25,504 bases of DNA from NCBI GenBank assembly GCA_043779265.1, contig JAYWEM010000061.1, positions 1 to 25,504 of the forward strand. Reading direction: 5' to 3'. This document shows, in pieces, positions 1 to 9,897 of the stretch. Position numbers and translations under genes: made by a program. Within the stretch, counting starts at the first letter, position 1. Each line of letters begins with the position of its first letter. The DNA is from a bacterium. Its GTDB lineage: Bacteria; Eisenbacteria; RBG-16-71-46. Under the pieces are notes generated by a model. The model made no database searches. It had not been told where the DNA came from and worked only from the letters and a program-made list of their open reading frames with translations.

Positions 1-2
1 CC

Positions 3-2645
3 GGGCACGCGGCGATCTTCGACTCCAACCCGCGGGTGGCCCGTTTTCCCGAGTCGTTCGATCCGACCGTCGCCGACGCAGGGAGCTGGACGACGTCGCA
101 CGTGTCCGCGAACGACCCGCCCATCATGGAGCTCTACCCACTGATGTTCGTGCTGCCGAACGGCAAGGTGTTCCACGGAGGACCGCGCGACCACGAGGAT
201 CAGTACAAGTACCTGTTCGACCCGTCCACGAAGCTCTGGGATGCCGCGACGCACAGCTCGAGCTACTCCGGCTCCTCCGCGGCGATGTTCAAGCCGGGCT
301 ACTTGCTCCGAGGTGGCACGCATCGGGACGGCGATGCCTCCAGTACGCCCATCGAGGCGGAGTCGGACTCGATCTCGTTCGAGGGAAGCGCGACGTCGGG
401 GTGGCATCTGATCCTCGATCCTCCATCTGGTTCGATCGACGCCCGTGCGAACAGCAACATGACGCTGTTGCCGACGGGGGACGTGGTGGTCACCGGCGGA
501 CTGAGCGGCAACCTGCTATCGGACGCGATGAAATCAGCACGCATCTGGAGTTCACGCACCGGCGCATGGAGCGGCGACCTGAACCCTGACTTCCACCCGC
601 GCAACTACCACTCCACCGCTATCCTGCTGCCTGATGGTCGCGTTCTGTCGACCGGCGGCGAGCGCAACAGCTCCGACCTCAACAGCGATGCGCGATTTCG
701 CATCAGTGTGTTCGAGCCGCCCTACCTGTTCGACGGCGATGCCTTGGCGATGCGCCCAACGGTGTCGACGCCGGGGCTGCCCTCGACGCTCGCCCCGGGG
801 CAGCGCTTCACCGTGTGCACGTCGCAGGCGGCCACGGTGTCGTCGGTGGCGCTGGTCAAGCCGGGAGCTGCGACGCACGGGTTCAACCAGGACCAGCGCT
901 ACGTGCCGCTGTCATTCATCCGTGTGACGGGCTCGAACCCGCGCCTGCTCGTCACCGCTCCGCCCAGCATGAACCACGCGCCGCCCGGCGACTACCTGCT
1001 GTTCGTCGTCGACTCGGCGAACGTGCCCGCGGGCAAGCACGCGGTCCCGTCCGTTGGCCGTTGGGTCCGAATCCAGTCGGCGGGCGCCTCGGACATATGC
1101 GATATCACGCGCCCGACCAAGGTCACGGCGCTCAACGCATGCCACGACGCCGAGACGAATCTCGTCCAATTCTCGTGGACCTCGCCGCCTGAGGACTCCG
1201 CGGTGACCGGTTCCGGCCCCGGCACCGAATTCTCGCTCCGCTACAGCACGTCCCCGATCAACAGCGAGACGGCCTGGGGCAACGCGATTCCGGTGAGCCT
1301 TGGGTTCGCGCCCGGTACTGAGGGCAGCACGCACACCACGCAGCTCACGTTGGCCGACGGCACGTACTACTTCCGCCTCAAGACCAAAGACGACAATGGC
1401 AACTGGTCGGCGATGAGCACACAGAGCACGGTGGAGGTCCCGGCCGACCCGCCGACCGAGTGCTTCGAGGGTGGCGGTGGCGGCGGTGGTGGTGGCGGTT
1501 CCAGCTCACGCCGCATCGCCGAAGCGGCGCGCCTGCTGCCCCGCTCGGACGATGGCCCGCCACTGGCGAACGCAACCACTCTGTTCGCGCGTCCGGCGCG
1601 CGAGGGCATCTCGTCGGACCTGTTGCGGTTGTCGTTCGACCCTTGCGAAGGCGGAGCTCAAGCACGTGTGTGGGTGGCGGCGAACGCGGGCATGGGAATG
1701 CATCTGGACCGTGTCGCGCTATGGGCGGTGGACCATGCACCGGGCCACGAGGCGATGGTTCTGGGTGACGGCATCGTCACGGGAGTGGTGGAGGATGTTG
1801 CGGGCGTCACGCGTTCGGGTGCGCCCGAGCTGGCCTTGTCCATGCTCGAGACCGGCGAGGAGCTGGGGGTGGACCTGGGTGAGGCGAGCATATTAGTGCT
1901 GGAGTCATCCAAGCTCGGTGAGTCGCCGAGCGGGCAACGCAATGGTGTGCTGGTGCAGGTGCCACACGAGGGCGGCTGGCGCACTCTTTCGCGTGTGGTG
2001 TCGCGGCGCATCGCCGAGCCGGTGGCCGTTTCGGTGGGCGGCTCGCAGGTGCGGCTGCTTGCGCTGGAGGACACCCGGGTCGAGCGGCTGGGCGTGCTGA
2101 CGCAGGTCGCGACACCGCCTACGGTCAATCTCACGCTCGCGAGTGCGACTGGTAGGGGGGACATTGATGTGTCGCAGGCGCTCACGGCCCAGGACGACGT
2201 GCGAGTGTCGCTCGCAAGGGGCGAGTCGGTCTCAGCCACGTTCGAGGCGATCGCCTCAGTGGACGGGCTCAGGCGCACGTGGTTCCTCGCGGCGGGCGCG
2301 TCGTTCAAGAACGCGGCGACGGCGACGAGCTCGACGCGCGCGAAGGCTGACGAGGCCTCGCCGTTGCGGTTCGCGCTGCACCAGAATCAACCCAACCCGT
2401 TCTCGCGCTCCACGTCGATCGCGTTCGACCTGTCACGGAGCGAGTCATTGACACTCGACGTGTACGACGCGACGGGCCGTCGGGTGCGCACGTTGACCTC
2501 GGGCTGGCGGCTATCGGGGCAACATCGAGTGGAGTGGGATCAGCGCGACAGCCGGGGCGGGCTTGTGCAGCCGGGCGTGTATGTCTACCGATTGCGGGCG
2601 GCGAGATCGGGAGTCGTCGAGCGCAAGCTGGTGGTGCTGCCGTGA
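3..2645 (+). CDS. Galactose oxidase/glyoxal oxidase-like (AA5-type) copper radical oxidase with DUF1929-like, FN3-like and C-terminal FlgD-Ig/secretion-tail domains; 5'-truncated by the window edge
   Basis: The frame is open from position 3 (GHAAIFDSNPRV...), so the GTG at 36 is probably not the true start. Motifs ELYPLMFVLPNGKVF, RNYHSTAILLPDGRV and ATHGFNQDQR match the Tyr, Tyr-His and His ligand motifs of galactose oxidase. PPGDYLLF marks DUF1929. YYFRLKTKDDNGNWS is FN3-like. There is a Gly10 linker and a tail NQPNPF...VYDATGRRVRTL...WDQRD...PGVYVYRL. Confidence 0.85.
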   Translation, partial: GHAAIFDSNPRVARFPESFDPTVADAGSWTTSHVSANDPPIMELYPLMFVLPNGKVFHGGPRDHEDQYKYLFDPSTKLWDAATHSSSYSGSSAAMFKPGYLLRGGTHRDGDASSTPIEAESDSISFEGSATSGWHLILDPPSGSIDARANSNMTLLPTGDVVVTGGLSGNLLSDAMKSARIWSSRTGAWSGDLNPDFHPRNYHSTAILLPDGRVLSTGGERNSSDLNSDARFRISVFEPPYLFDGDALAMRPTVSTPGLPSTLAPGQRFTVCTSQAATVSSVALVKPGAATHGFNQDQRYVPLSFIRVTGSNPRLLVTAPPSMNHAPPGDYLLFVVDSANVPAGKHAVPSVGRWVRIQSAGASDICDITRPTKVTALNACHDAETNLVQFSWTSPPEDSAVTGSGPGTEFSLRYSTSPINSETAWGNAIPVSLGFAPGTEGSTHTTQLTLADGTYYFRLKTKDDNGNWSAMSTQSTVEVPADPPTECFEGGGGGGGGGGSSSRRIAEAARLLPRSDDGPPLANATTLFARPAREGISSDLLRLSFDPCEGGAQARVWVAANAGMGMHLDRVALWAVDHAPGHEAMVLGDGIVTGVVEDVAGVTRSGAPELALSMLETGEELGVDLGEASILVLESSKLGESPSGQRNGVLVQVPHEGGWRTLSRVVSRRIAEPVAVSVGGSQVRLLALEDTRVERLGVLTQVATPPTVNLTLASATGRGDIDVSQALTAQDDVRVSLARGESVSATFEAIASVDGLRRTWFLAAGASFKNAATATSSTRAKADEASPLRFALHQNQPNPFSRSTSIAFDLSRSESLTLDVYDATGRRVRTLTSGWRLSGQHRVEWDQRDSRGGLVQPGVYVYRLRAARSGVVERKLVVLP
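1470..1499 (+). repeat. GGY trinucleotide run encoding a Gly10 linker
   Basis: ggtggcggtggcggcggtggtggtggcggt lies in frame between the FN3-like domain and the C-terminal region. Confidence 0.9.
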
Positions 2646-5031
2646 GGGTCAGGGCCGCTCGGCTGGTCGGTGCGACTCTCGTGGTCGCCTGCGCATTGTG
2701 TTGCTCAGGTGGCCTGCGGGCTGCGGACGCACAGATCGTGCGCCCGGAAGTACGACTTCTGGTGAGCCCGGGAGACGAGCAGAGCGAACCGGACGTGCTC
2801 ATCGATGGCGATCGGGTGCTGGTGACTTTCTATGGCGGCGGCGTGACGGACCAGGCCAACGCGTGGATGCTGTCGAACGACGGCGGGGCGACATGGAGCC
2901 CGGAGGCCGAGTACCCGTGGTACCCCGGAGCATTCTCGAGTCGGAGCATCGGATTGCCCGGGGTAGTCTCCTTGGGCGCTGGGCGCTACGCTGAGGTAAA
3001 CATTGAGGGTGAGAGTGGAAGTACGCTGACCGTCCATCTGGGAGTGGTGACAGGAGACATGCTCACTTGGGCGCTCAGGTCAGTTCCAGTACCCGTCGTT
3101 TCGCCTGCTAGCTGTCGACCCTACGACTCCCCGCGTCTTGCTCACGACGCCGCGAGCGGCGTGACCTACCTGACCTACACCCGCAACTATCGCGTCGGTT
3201 CGGGGGTCTGCAACAGTCGCATCGAGCTGATGCGCTCGCTCGACGAGGGTCTCACCTGGAGCGTGCCGATCACGATCAACGACCCGGCTCGAGCCGCGAG
3301 TCAGGGGGCTCAACCCGTGGTGGGGCCCGACGGGGAGTTGTTCGTCGTCTGGCGCGACTTCGGCGCCAGCGATGTGCGCATGCGACGCTCCGATGACCAT
3401 GGCATCACGTTCGGGCCCGAGACCATGGTGGCGAGTGTGCTCGAGAACCAGTCGGCCGCGCCGGCCTGGAGTGGGTGAAGGCGGCACCCGGTCCGCTGGG
3501 GCGACGACCACTGGATGTCGGACTTCCCGGCGGTGGCGGTGGACCGCACCTATGGGCCGAGGCGCGGGAGCTTGTTTGTCGCGTGGGCCGAGGGGCCCGC
3601 GTACACGCTCGCGGCGGCCACGGGTACGACGTTCGACTCGGGTGCGAACGACCTGCCGGAGTCGGCGCAGCCATTCGCGCTGGGGAACGACATCGTCGGG
3701 TTCGTGGCCGGCAGCGAGACCGACGCGGACTGCGACTACTTCAGCTTCGAGGGCATCGCCGGGCAGGTGGTCCATCTCTCGGGGGGGCTCACGTTCGTGG
3801 CGCCGACACCGGGGGGACGGGGCCGGGCGGGCCCTCGTTCTTGCTCATGTACCGGGTTCCCGCGAGCGGTTCGTACATGACCGTGGCCGGCCACACGATG
3901 CCGTTCCTCGGCGGCTACCCGGCCGGCGGACCCATCGTGATCACGCTGCCCTACACCGGGCGGTACGTGATCTGCGCGGCCTGCGGCGTGTTCTACAGCC
4001 TCGGCTATCACCTCCGCACGCGCCTGGTCACGGTGCAGCCGACGTCGGTTGCGCGAGACCATCGCGACCTGGTGATGGTGAGTTCGAGCGACGGAGGGGC
4101 GTCCTGGACGCCGAAGCGCCGACTCGGCGACGCACCGCCCGGGTTCGATGAGAGCCTGCCGACTTTGGCGGTGGACGAGGCGGGCCGGCTGCACGCTGCG
4201 TGGTACGACCGGCGCGACGGAGGTCCGATGGGGCTGGGCGTGGATGCGCGCTGGGCGTTGTCGCCGGATGGCGGGGTGTCGTGGCTACCGAGCGTGCGGC
4301 TGAATGGCGCGAGCGGCGCGTGGCTGTCGAGAGGGGGCACGCGGAGCAACATCGGCGACCGGATCGCGTTGGCGGCGGGCGGGGGTCGCGCGCACGTGGT
4401 GTGGGTGGACGGGCGCGAGCAGCCCGGCTGGCCCGGCGACTACGAACTGTACACGGCGCGGGTGGACCTGGGCACGGTGGGCATCGCGGTGCCGCGGTTC
4501 GTGGCCGAGGGCGAGTCAGAAGGCGTGCGGGTGCGCTGGACGGTGTCCGACGCACAGGGCGTGACGGGTTTCCGCGTGCATCGCGAGGGCACGGGCGTCG
4601 TCGCAACGATCGCGGCCTCGGGCGAGCGCGAGTACGACATGCTCGATGATGGAGTTCTCGTCGGGGAGACGGCGCGCTACCGGCTCGAGGTGCAGCGGGG
4701 CACGTCGAGCGAGTGGCTCGGACCCGTGGTGGCGGCGCGCACTGGACCGGTGCTCGAGCTGGCGTGGAGCCGGGTCGGCCCCAGCCCGTTCACGGACCGC
4801 GTCTCGCTGACGCTGGCGCTTCCGCGCGAAGGCAGCGTATCGGTGCGCGTCTACGACCTGGCGGGCAAGGAGGTGGCCCGTCTGCATGAGGGGAACCTGC
4901 AGGCGGGCTGGCACTCAATCACCTGGGGCGGCGAGTCCACCGGTCGGGGCGAAGTGGCCGCCGGCGTCTACCTGGTCAGGGCCCGCAGCGAGCGGAGCGA
5001 AGTCGTACGGCGTGTGGTCCGGGTGGAGTGA
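2642..5031 (+). pseudogene. Secreted BNR/Asp-box (sialidase-fold) protein with PPC-like insert and FlgD-Ig tail, about 796 aa if repaired; interrupted by an in-frame TGA (3476-3478) and a frameshift in the G6 run (3811-3816)
   Basis: The GTG start overlaps the upstream TGA (GTGA) and is followed by a signal-peptide-like N-terminus. Asp-boxes are SNDGGATW, SLDEGLTW, SDDHGITF, SSDGGASW and SPDGGVSW. ORFs 2534..3478 and 3515..3880 are in the same frame, separated by one TGA. Coding sense then continues in the 3475..5031 frame after ccggggggacgg. The tail reads GPSPF...VYDLAGKEVARL...AAGVYLVR. Confidence 0.75.
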
Positions 5032-5106
5032 GGCTCAGGAGCCATCGCGAAGTTCCTGTATCGCCCGCGAGTTGCGAGCCTTGAAGTGTGGACAGCGCGC
5101 GCCCTA

Positions 5107-5269
5107 AATGACTTTCAGTGATTCGGCATCAGCCCAGCAGAATCGTCCGGCGATGGTGCCGACAACATCTGGTCGAATGCGGCGCCAGGGCGCGGCCTCG
5201 GCAGGGAGTGATCGGCGCGACGCGCAGCAGCAACGACTTACAGCCAATTCCGAATCGCTGAAAGTCATT
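5107..5269. mobile_element. MITE-like non-autonomous element (163 bp) with 20-bp terminal inverted repeats and TA duplication
   Basis: Left end AATGACTTTCAGTGATTCGG (5107-5126) and right end CCGAATCGCTGAAAGTCATT (5250-5269) are 19/20 complementary. TA flanks both ends (5105-5106, 5270-5271). The reconstructed empty site is CTAG. No transposase is encoded inside. Confidence 0.65.
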
Positions 5270-5313
5270 TAGAGTCGGGAAGTCCCCCGTCTCTCCGAAT
5301 GCGAGGTGCGATC

Positions 5314-5670
5314 ATGTGGGCTGACCGCTACGCCGTGCTGGCCCTGGTGTTCTTCACGCTCCTCTTGGTCATCCAACGACTCGTGGCGCAGGATCCCCGC
5401 TGGATCCGGGCTCGATTCGGTACGGATGTCGGAGTCGGCGGATGGCCGTCGACGCAGGTCTCGGACGACCATCTGCTCGTGGCGTACCAGGATGCACGTG
5501 GCCACGGGTTCCGGAGGTTGGTGGGTGAAGCCGAGCAGGCGCTGGCCGGAGCCGGGATGTTCGTCGCCATCATCGGCGTCACCGACGCGGCGGCCCTTCA
5601 AGGCGCCATGGTCGGAAGGGACAACGCAATGGCGCCCGGAGGAGGTGGTTCCGAGCGCCCAGCGTTGTGA
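5314..5670 (+). CDS. Hypothetical protein with N-terminal hydrophobic/membrane segment (118 aa)
   Basis: GAGGTG Shine-Dalgarno at 5303-5308 precedes ATG 5314. Hydrophobic stretch YAVLALVFFTLLLVI. No family recognised. Confidence 0.45.
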   Translation: MWADRYAVLALVFFTLLLVIQRLVAQDPRWIRARFGTDVGVGGWPSTQVSDDHLLVAYQDARGHGFRRLVGEAEQALAGAGMFVAIIGVTDAAALQGAMVGRDNAMAPGGGGSERPAL

Positions 5671-5888
5671 GCGGATCCTGCCAGACCCGCCATCCTTGAC
5701 CTGGAAGACTGGCGGCCCGGTCTTGGTCGGGTCGCTGTGCCCGATCGCTCATCGGGTACAACAGGTAAGACGCAGCGAGGGCCCCGGAAGTTGCCAACTG
5801 GGCGTGAACCCTCGCCCCTCGCCCCGTGCGCGGTGCCATTCGGGACGAACGCGGCACGCCGAGCGGGCGATCCCCGCCCCGGCCGGCC

Positions 5889-5933
5889 AAGAAAGCCGAA
5901 CGCCCGCAGGGGGCTCCCCTCCGGGCGTCGGCT
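5889..5933 (-). terminator. Rho-independent terminator downstream of ftsH
   Basis: The minus strand reads AGCCGACGCCCGGAGGGG-AGC-CCCCTGCGGGCGTTCGGCT followed by TTCTT, about 20 nt after the ftsH stop. Confidence 0.75.
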
Positions 5934-5953
5934 GGAATCGGTGTTTCGAGCGG

Positions 5954-8900
5954 CTAGGCTGGATTCGGCGTCGGGCTCGGATCCGGAAAGGCCAACTGGC
6001 CGTCCGGTTCGTCGTCCGAACGACTCGCCGTGGCGGGGCTCGGAGGCGTCGGCTGGTCGAGGTCGTAGCGCTGGCGCGGCTCGAGGATCTCGCCCAGCAG
6101 CACCCGGTTCATCTCGTCGCCGTCGACGGTCTCGCGCTCGAGCAACGTGTTCGCCAGCAGATGGAGCTTGTCCATGTTCTCCTGCAGCAGCTGCACCGCA
6201 CGCGCGTGCGCCTGTTCGACGATCTTGCGCACTTCGGCGTCGATCAGCATGGCGGTCTGCTCGCTGTAGTCCTTCCCGGAGGACATCTCCTTGCCGAGGA
6301 ACACGGTGTCCTCACGCTTGCCGAACGTGAGCGGACCCAGCTTGTCGCTCATGCCGAAGCGCGTGACCATGCTGCGCGCGATGTTGGTGGCCTGCTCGAG
6401 GTCGCCGGCGGCACCCGTCGTCAGGTGGTCGAACACCGCGATCTCGGCGGCACGCCCGCCCATCGCATGGGCGAGACGCTCCTCGAGCTGACGCTTGGAG
6501 TGATTGTGACGCTCCTCGGCCGGCGCGAATGCCGTGACGCCCAGTGCGCGGCCGCGCGGGATGATCGTGATCTTGGTCACCGGATCCGAGCCGGGGATGA
6601 GCCAGGCCACCAGTGCGTGACCCGCCTCATGGTAGGCCGTGGTCTTGCGCTCCTTCTCGGACATCACGAGGCTGCGACGCTCGAGCCCGAGCATCACCTT
6701 GTCCTTGGCGTCCTCGAAATCGCGTAGCGAGACCTTCTTGTGATTGCGACGAGCGGCGAGCAACGCCGCCTCGTTCACGAGGTTCGCCAGATCGGCGCCC
6801 GACATGCCGGGCGTCTCGCGGGCGAGGAGCTTGAGGTCCACGTCCTCGGAGAGCGGGATCTTGCGCACGTGCACCTTGAGGATGCCCTCGCGGCCGCGGA
6901 CATCCGGTAGATCGACGATGACCTGGCGGTCGAAACGGCCCGGCCGCAGGAGCGCCGGGTCGAGCACATCGGGTCGGTTGGTGGCGGCGATCATGATGAC
7001 GCCCTCGTTCGACTCGAAGCCATCCATCTCGACCAGCAACTGGTTCAACGTCTGCTCGCGCTCGTCATGGCCGCCGCCCAGGCCGGCACCACGATGACGG
7101 CCGACGGCATCGATCTCGTCGATGAAGATGATGCACGGCGCATTGCGCTTGCCCTGCTCGAAGAGGTCCCTGACGCGGCTGTTGTGCAGCAGCAGCGGCT
7201 TCTCGCCACCGAAGAACGCCTCGTTCTCGCAGCCGCAGAGGTCGTACACGTAGCCGTCGTAGGGCTTGCGGATGACTTCGTGCACAACGGGACGCTTGCC
7301 CTGACGCGCACGGTCCCGCACGAGCCAGTGGCTGGTCTTGCCGATGATGAGATTCCAGGCGATCGAGGCCGGCAGCGGCTTGCTCTTGATGACACGACCC
7401 GCTGCCATGTGCACTTCGCGAACCCCTGCCGGGATCCCGTGCATGGCGCAGAGCCAGGTCATCTCCCGGATCAGCTGTCGGCTGACCGAGGTGATGCTGA
7501 GCTTGCCCTGCTTGGAGACGTATCCATCGCCAAGTGCCCAACCCGTGAGATACGCCTCGAAGTACTCGCGCGGGAGGTCCCACAGGAACTCCGGAACGTG
7601 CTTCTTGTGGCTCCCCGTGCCGCACTGACGTGCGAAGAAGCGGCCGAGGGTCGCCGAGTGATAAGTGATCCTGGTGCTGTTGTCCGGAGTCGCGCGGAGC
7701 TTCGGCTCGATTTCGCCGAAGTGGTCGCGCATGAGCGAGACCACGTCCGCGTGCAGATCCCCCTCTTGCGAGCCGAACGTGAACTCAAGGCAGCCGTTCT
7801 CGCGGCCCTCAGCCGTGTAGTAGCCGAGCAGCTTGAGGAGCCCGGGTGTCACGGTGACTTCCTCCGGGAGCTGCGTCGGTGTGAGCGAGATCGCGCGCGG
7901 CAGATGCGTGCCGTGCTGCCAATGGCTCACCGTCATCTGCGAGACGCCGAGTGCGGACCCGATCGCCGACTGGCTCATCTCTCCCTGCTGCGCCAGCGCG
8001 AAGGACAGGTCGGCCTGCACATCGGAGACGTCGTCATGCACACGAAGCACCGGAGCTGATGTCGAGGCTTCGTACGAGTGGGCCCGAGTGGAGTGTGGGG
8101 TTCCGGTCTCGGCGGAGAACTGACCGCGCACCTTGAGCGGCAGTTGCACGAGGATGTCGCCCGACTTGAGGTCGCGGGCCTCCACGGCCTTCACTCCGTC
8201 TCGAGTGCGGATGAAAACGCTGTGATCGCCGGTCGTGCGCAGCACGCCGCCCAGATAGTGGATCTCGAAGATCTCGTCCACCTTGTGGCGGTAGACGGCC
8301 TTGGCGTTCTTCCAAGCGCTCCCCTGCACGAACGTCTTGGAGGAGCCCTTGAACTTGGACTCCTTCTCCTCGAAGCCGAGCGTCTGGATGCCATCCACCA
8401 GAACCGGGTAGCCAGCCTTGTCCTTCGGATAGAACCCGTCGACGAAGTCGCCGATCGATGTGAGTCGGGTACGGCCCGCGTGCCGGACGAGGACCGGCGT
8501 GTCGCCGGTCACCGAAGCACCAACGCCGACGAACATCTCGACGAAGTCCGAGCCGCTCATCGAGAAGAACGGCACGCCCGCCTCGCCCGCAACGGCCTTG
8601 GCGAGCAGCGTCTTGCCGGAGCCGGGCGGGCCCAGCAACAGAGCGCCCTTGGGAATGCGGCCTCCCAGGCGCTGGAACTTCTGCGGCTCCTTGAGGAACT
8701 CGATGACCTCCTGGAGTTCCTGCTTGGCCTCATCGCAGCCGGCGACGTCCTTGAACGTGATCTTGGGCGCCGTCTCCATGACCACGCGCGCCTTGCTCTT
8801 GCCGAAGCGCATCGCCGCCGAGCCGCCACCCTGCATCTGGCGCAGCACGAACATCCACGCGACGAGGAACAGCACGAGGGGCAGCCACGTGAACAGGATG

Positions 8901-9346
8901 TTGAGCCAATTGAGCCCCGGCGACTGCACCGACACCTGCGCCTGCGGATTGGTGGCGCGCACACGCTCGGGCCACTCGGCGCCGTCTCCGAGGAACGTGG
9001 TCTTGAACGCCTTCACCGGCGTCGGCCGCTCGGCCACCGTCATGGTGGTCTCGGTCTTCAGCTCGCCGGTCGCGGTGCGCGTCTCCTCGGCGAACGTGAC
9101 CTTCTCGATGTTGCCACGCTCGACCTGCACCACGTAGTCGTTGTAGTCGATCACCGCGCGCTGCTGGCCCGACAGGCCGCCCGCGTACATGCGGTACGCC
9201 GCGAGCGCCAACAGCACGACCAGCGCCCAGAAGGCGAACGTGCGGAACGGGCGGCCGGGGGGCGAGGGCGTCTGTGCCCCGCGACCCTTGTCGCCCTTGT
9301 CGGTTCGCTTGCCGCGATCCTCTCCGTCTCGGTGGAACTCGGTCAC
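5954..9346 (-). CDS. ftsH: ATP-dependent zinc metalloprotease FtsH precursor containing an intein (1130 aa; about 685 aa after splicing)
   Basis: Two TM segments, Walker A GPPGSGKT, pore loop MFVGVG, Walker [30 protein letters not shown] and zinc motif HEAGH. GAGGAGG SD lies upstream of the GTG. The gene follows tilS-hpt. Confidence 0.97.
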   Translation of the reverse strand: MTEFHRDGEDRGKRTDKGDKGRGAQTPSPPGRPFRTFAFWALVVLLALAAYRMYAGGLSGQQRAVIDYNDYVVQVERGNIEKVTFAEETRTATGELKTETTMTVAERPTPVKAFKTTFLGDGAEWPERVRATNPQAQVSVQSPGLNWLNILFTWLPLVLFLVAWMFVLRQMQGGGSAAMRFGKSKARVVMETAPKITFKDVAGCDEAKQELQEVIEFLKEPQKFQRLGGRIPKGALLLGPPGSGKTLLAKAVAGEAGVPFFSMSGSDFVEMFVGVGASVTGDTPVLVRHAGRTRLTSIGDFVDGFYPKDKAGYPVLVDGIQTLGFEEKESKFKGSSKTFVQGSAWKNAKAVYRHKVDEIFEIHYLGGVLRTTGDHSVFIRTRDGVKAVEARDLKSGDILVQLPLKVRGQFSAETGTPHSTRAHSYEASTSAPVLRVHDDVSDVQADLSFALAQQGEMSQSAIGSALGVSQMTVSHWQHGTHLPRAISLTPTQLPEEVTVTPGLLKLLGYYTAEGRENGCLEFTFGSQEGDLHADVVSLMRDHFGEIEPKLRATPDNSTRITYHSATLGRFFARQCGTGSHKKHVPEFLWDLPREYFEAYLTGWALGDGYVSKQGKLSITSVSRQLIREMTWLCAMHGIPAGVREVHMAAGRVIKSKPLPASIAWNLIIGKTSHWLVRDRARQGKRPVVHEVIRKPYDGYVYDLCGCENEAFFGGEKPLLLHNSRVRDLFEQGKRNAPCIIFIDEIDAVGRHRGAGLGGGHDEREQTLNQLLVEMDGFESNEGVIMIAATNRPDVLDPALLRPGRFDRQVIVDLPDVRGREGILKVHVRKIPLSEDVDLKLLARETPGMSGADLANLVNEAALLAARRNHKKVSLRDFEDAKDKVMLGLERRSLVMSEKERKTTAYHEAGHALVAWLIPGSDPVTKITIIPRGRALGVTAFAPAEERHNHSKRQLEERLAHAMGGRAAEIAVFDHLTTGAAGDLEQATNIARSMVTRFGMSDKLGPLTFGKREDTVFLGKEMSSGKDYSEQTAMLIDAEVRKIVEQAHARAVQLLQENMDKLHLLANTLLERETVDGDEMNRVLLGEILEPRQRYDLDQPTPPSPATASRSDDEPDGQLAFPDPSPTPNPA
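7181..8515 (-). mobile_element. Intein (445 aa) with HTH and LAGLIDADG homing endonuclease, in ftsH
   Basis: It interrupts the conserved FVGVGA|SRVRDLF. It starts [11 protein letters not shown] (block A), has block B TTGDHSVF (TxxH), LAGLIDADG-like helices LLGYYTAEG and [10 protein letters not shown], block F YVYDL, and ends LLLHN followed by Ser+1. Confidence 0.93.
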
Positions 9347-9351
9347 TGGCT

Positions 9352-9897
9352 TCAGGCCTCCTCAACCACGCCCACGTAGGGCAGGTTGCGATATCGCTCG
9401 TCGAAATCCATGCCGTACCCGATCACGAACTCGGATCCGATCCGCCACCCGGCGTAATCGACCGGAACGGGGATGCGGCGGCACGGCACCTTATCGAGGA
9501 GCGTTGCCACTCGGATGCTGGCAGCGCCCCGGGATTGCAGAAGATCGAGGATGAACTGCACCGAGGTGCCAGAATCCACGACTCCTTCACAAAGCACGAC
9601 ATGTCGACCGCGGATGTCACTGCGCAGGTCCATGATCAATTGCACGGTGCCGCTCGATGTCGTGCCCGCGCCGTAGGACGACACGGCGAGGAAATCGAGC
9701 TCGATATCGAAGGGCACGGCACGAGCCAGGTCGCACTGGAACATGCATGCGCCCTTGAGCACGCCGACGAACATCGGTCGCATGCCGTCGTAGTCGCGGG
9801 CCAGTTCGAGACCCATCTCGCGTACACGCTGCTGGATCTGCTCGGCTGAATAGAGGATGCGGATCGAACGGTCGGTCTGCACGGGTGGCTGGGTCAT
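9352..9897 (-). CDS. hpt: Hypoxanthine phosphoribosyltransferase
   Basis: GVLKGA, SSYG, PRPP-binding-like [13 protein letters not shown] and [18 protein letters not shown]; tilS-hpt-ftsH synteny. Confidence 0.93.
   Translation of the reverse strand: MTQPPVQTDRSIRILYSAEQIQQRVREMGLELARDYDGMRPMFVGVLKGACMFQCDLARAVPFDIELDFLAVSSYGAGTTSSGTVQLIMDLRSDIRGRHVVLCEGVVDSGTSVQFILDLLQSRGAASIRVATLLDKVPCRRIPVPVDYAGWRIGSEFVIGYGMDFDERYRNLPYVGVVEEA

Noticed and set aside
5101..5275. Integron attC site
   Set aside because: The ends are CTAAA/TTTAG rather than the RYYYAAC/GTTRRRY cores, pairing is limited to the termini, and there is no integrase or cassette array.
7181..8515. Class 3 intein mechanism, given the non-Cys first residue
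   Set aside because: Ser1 is a valid class 1 nucleophile and block F position 4 is Asp, not Cys. The WCT signature is not evident.
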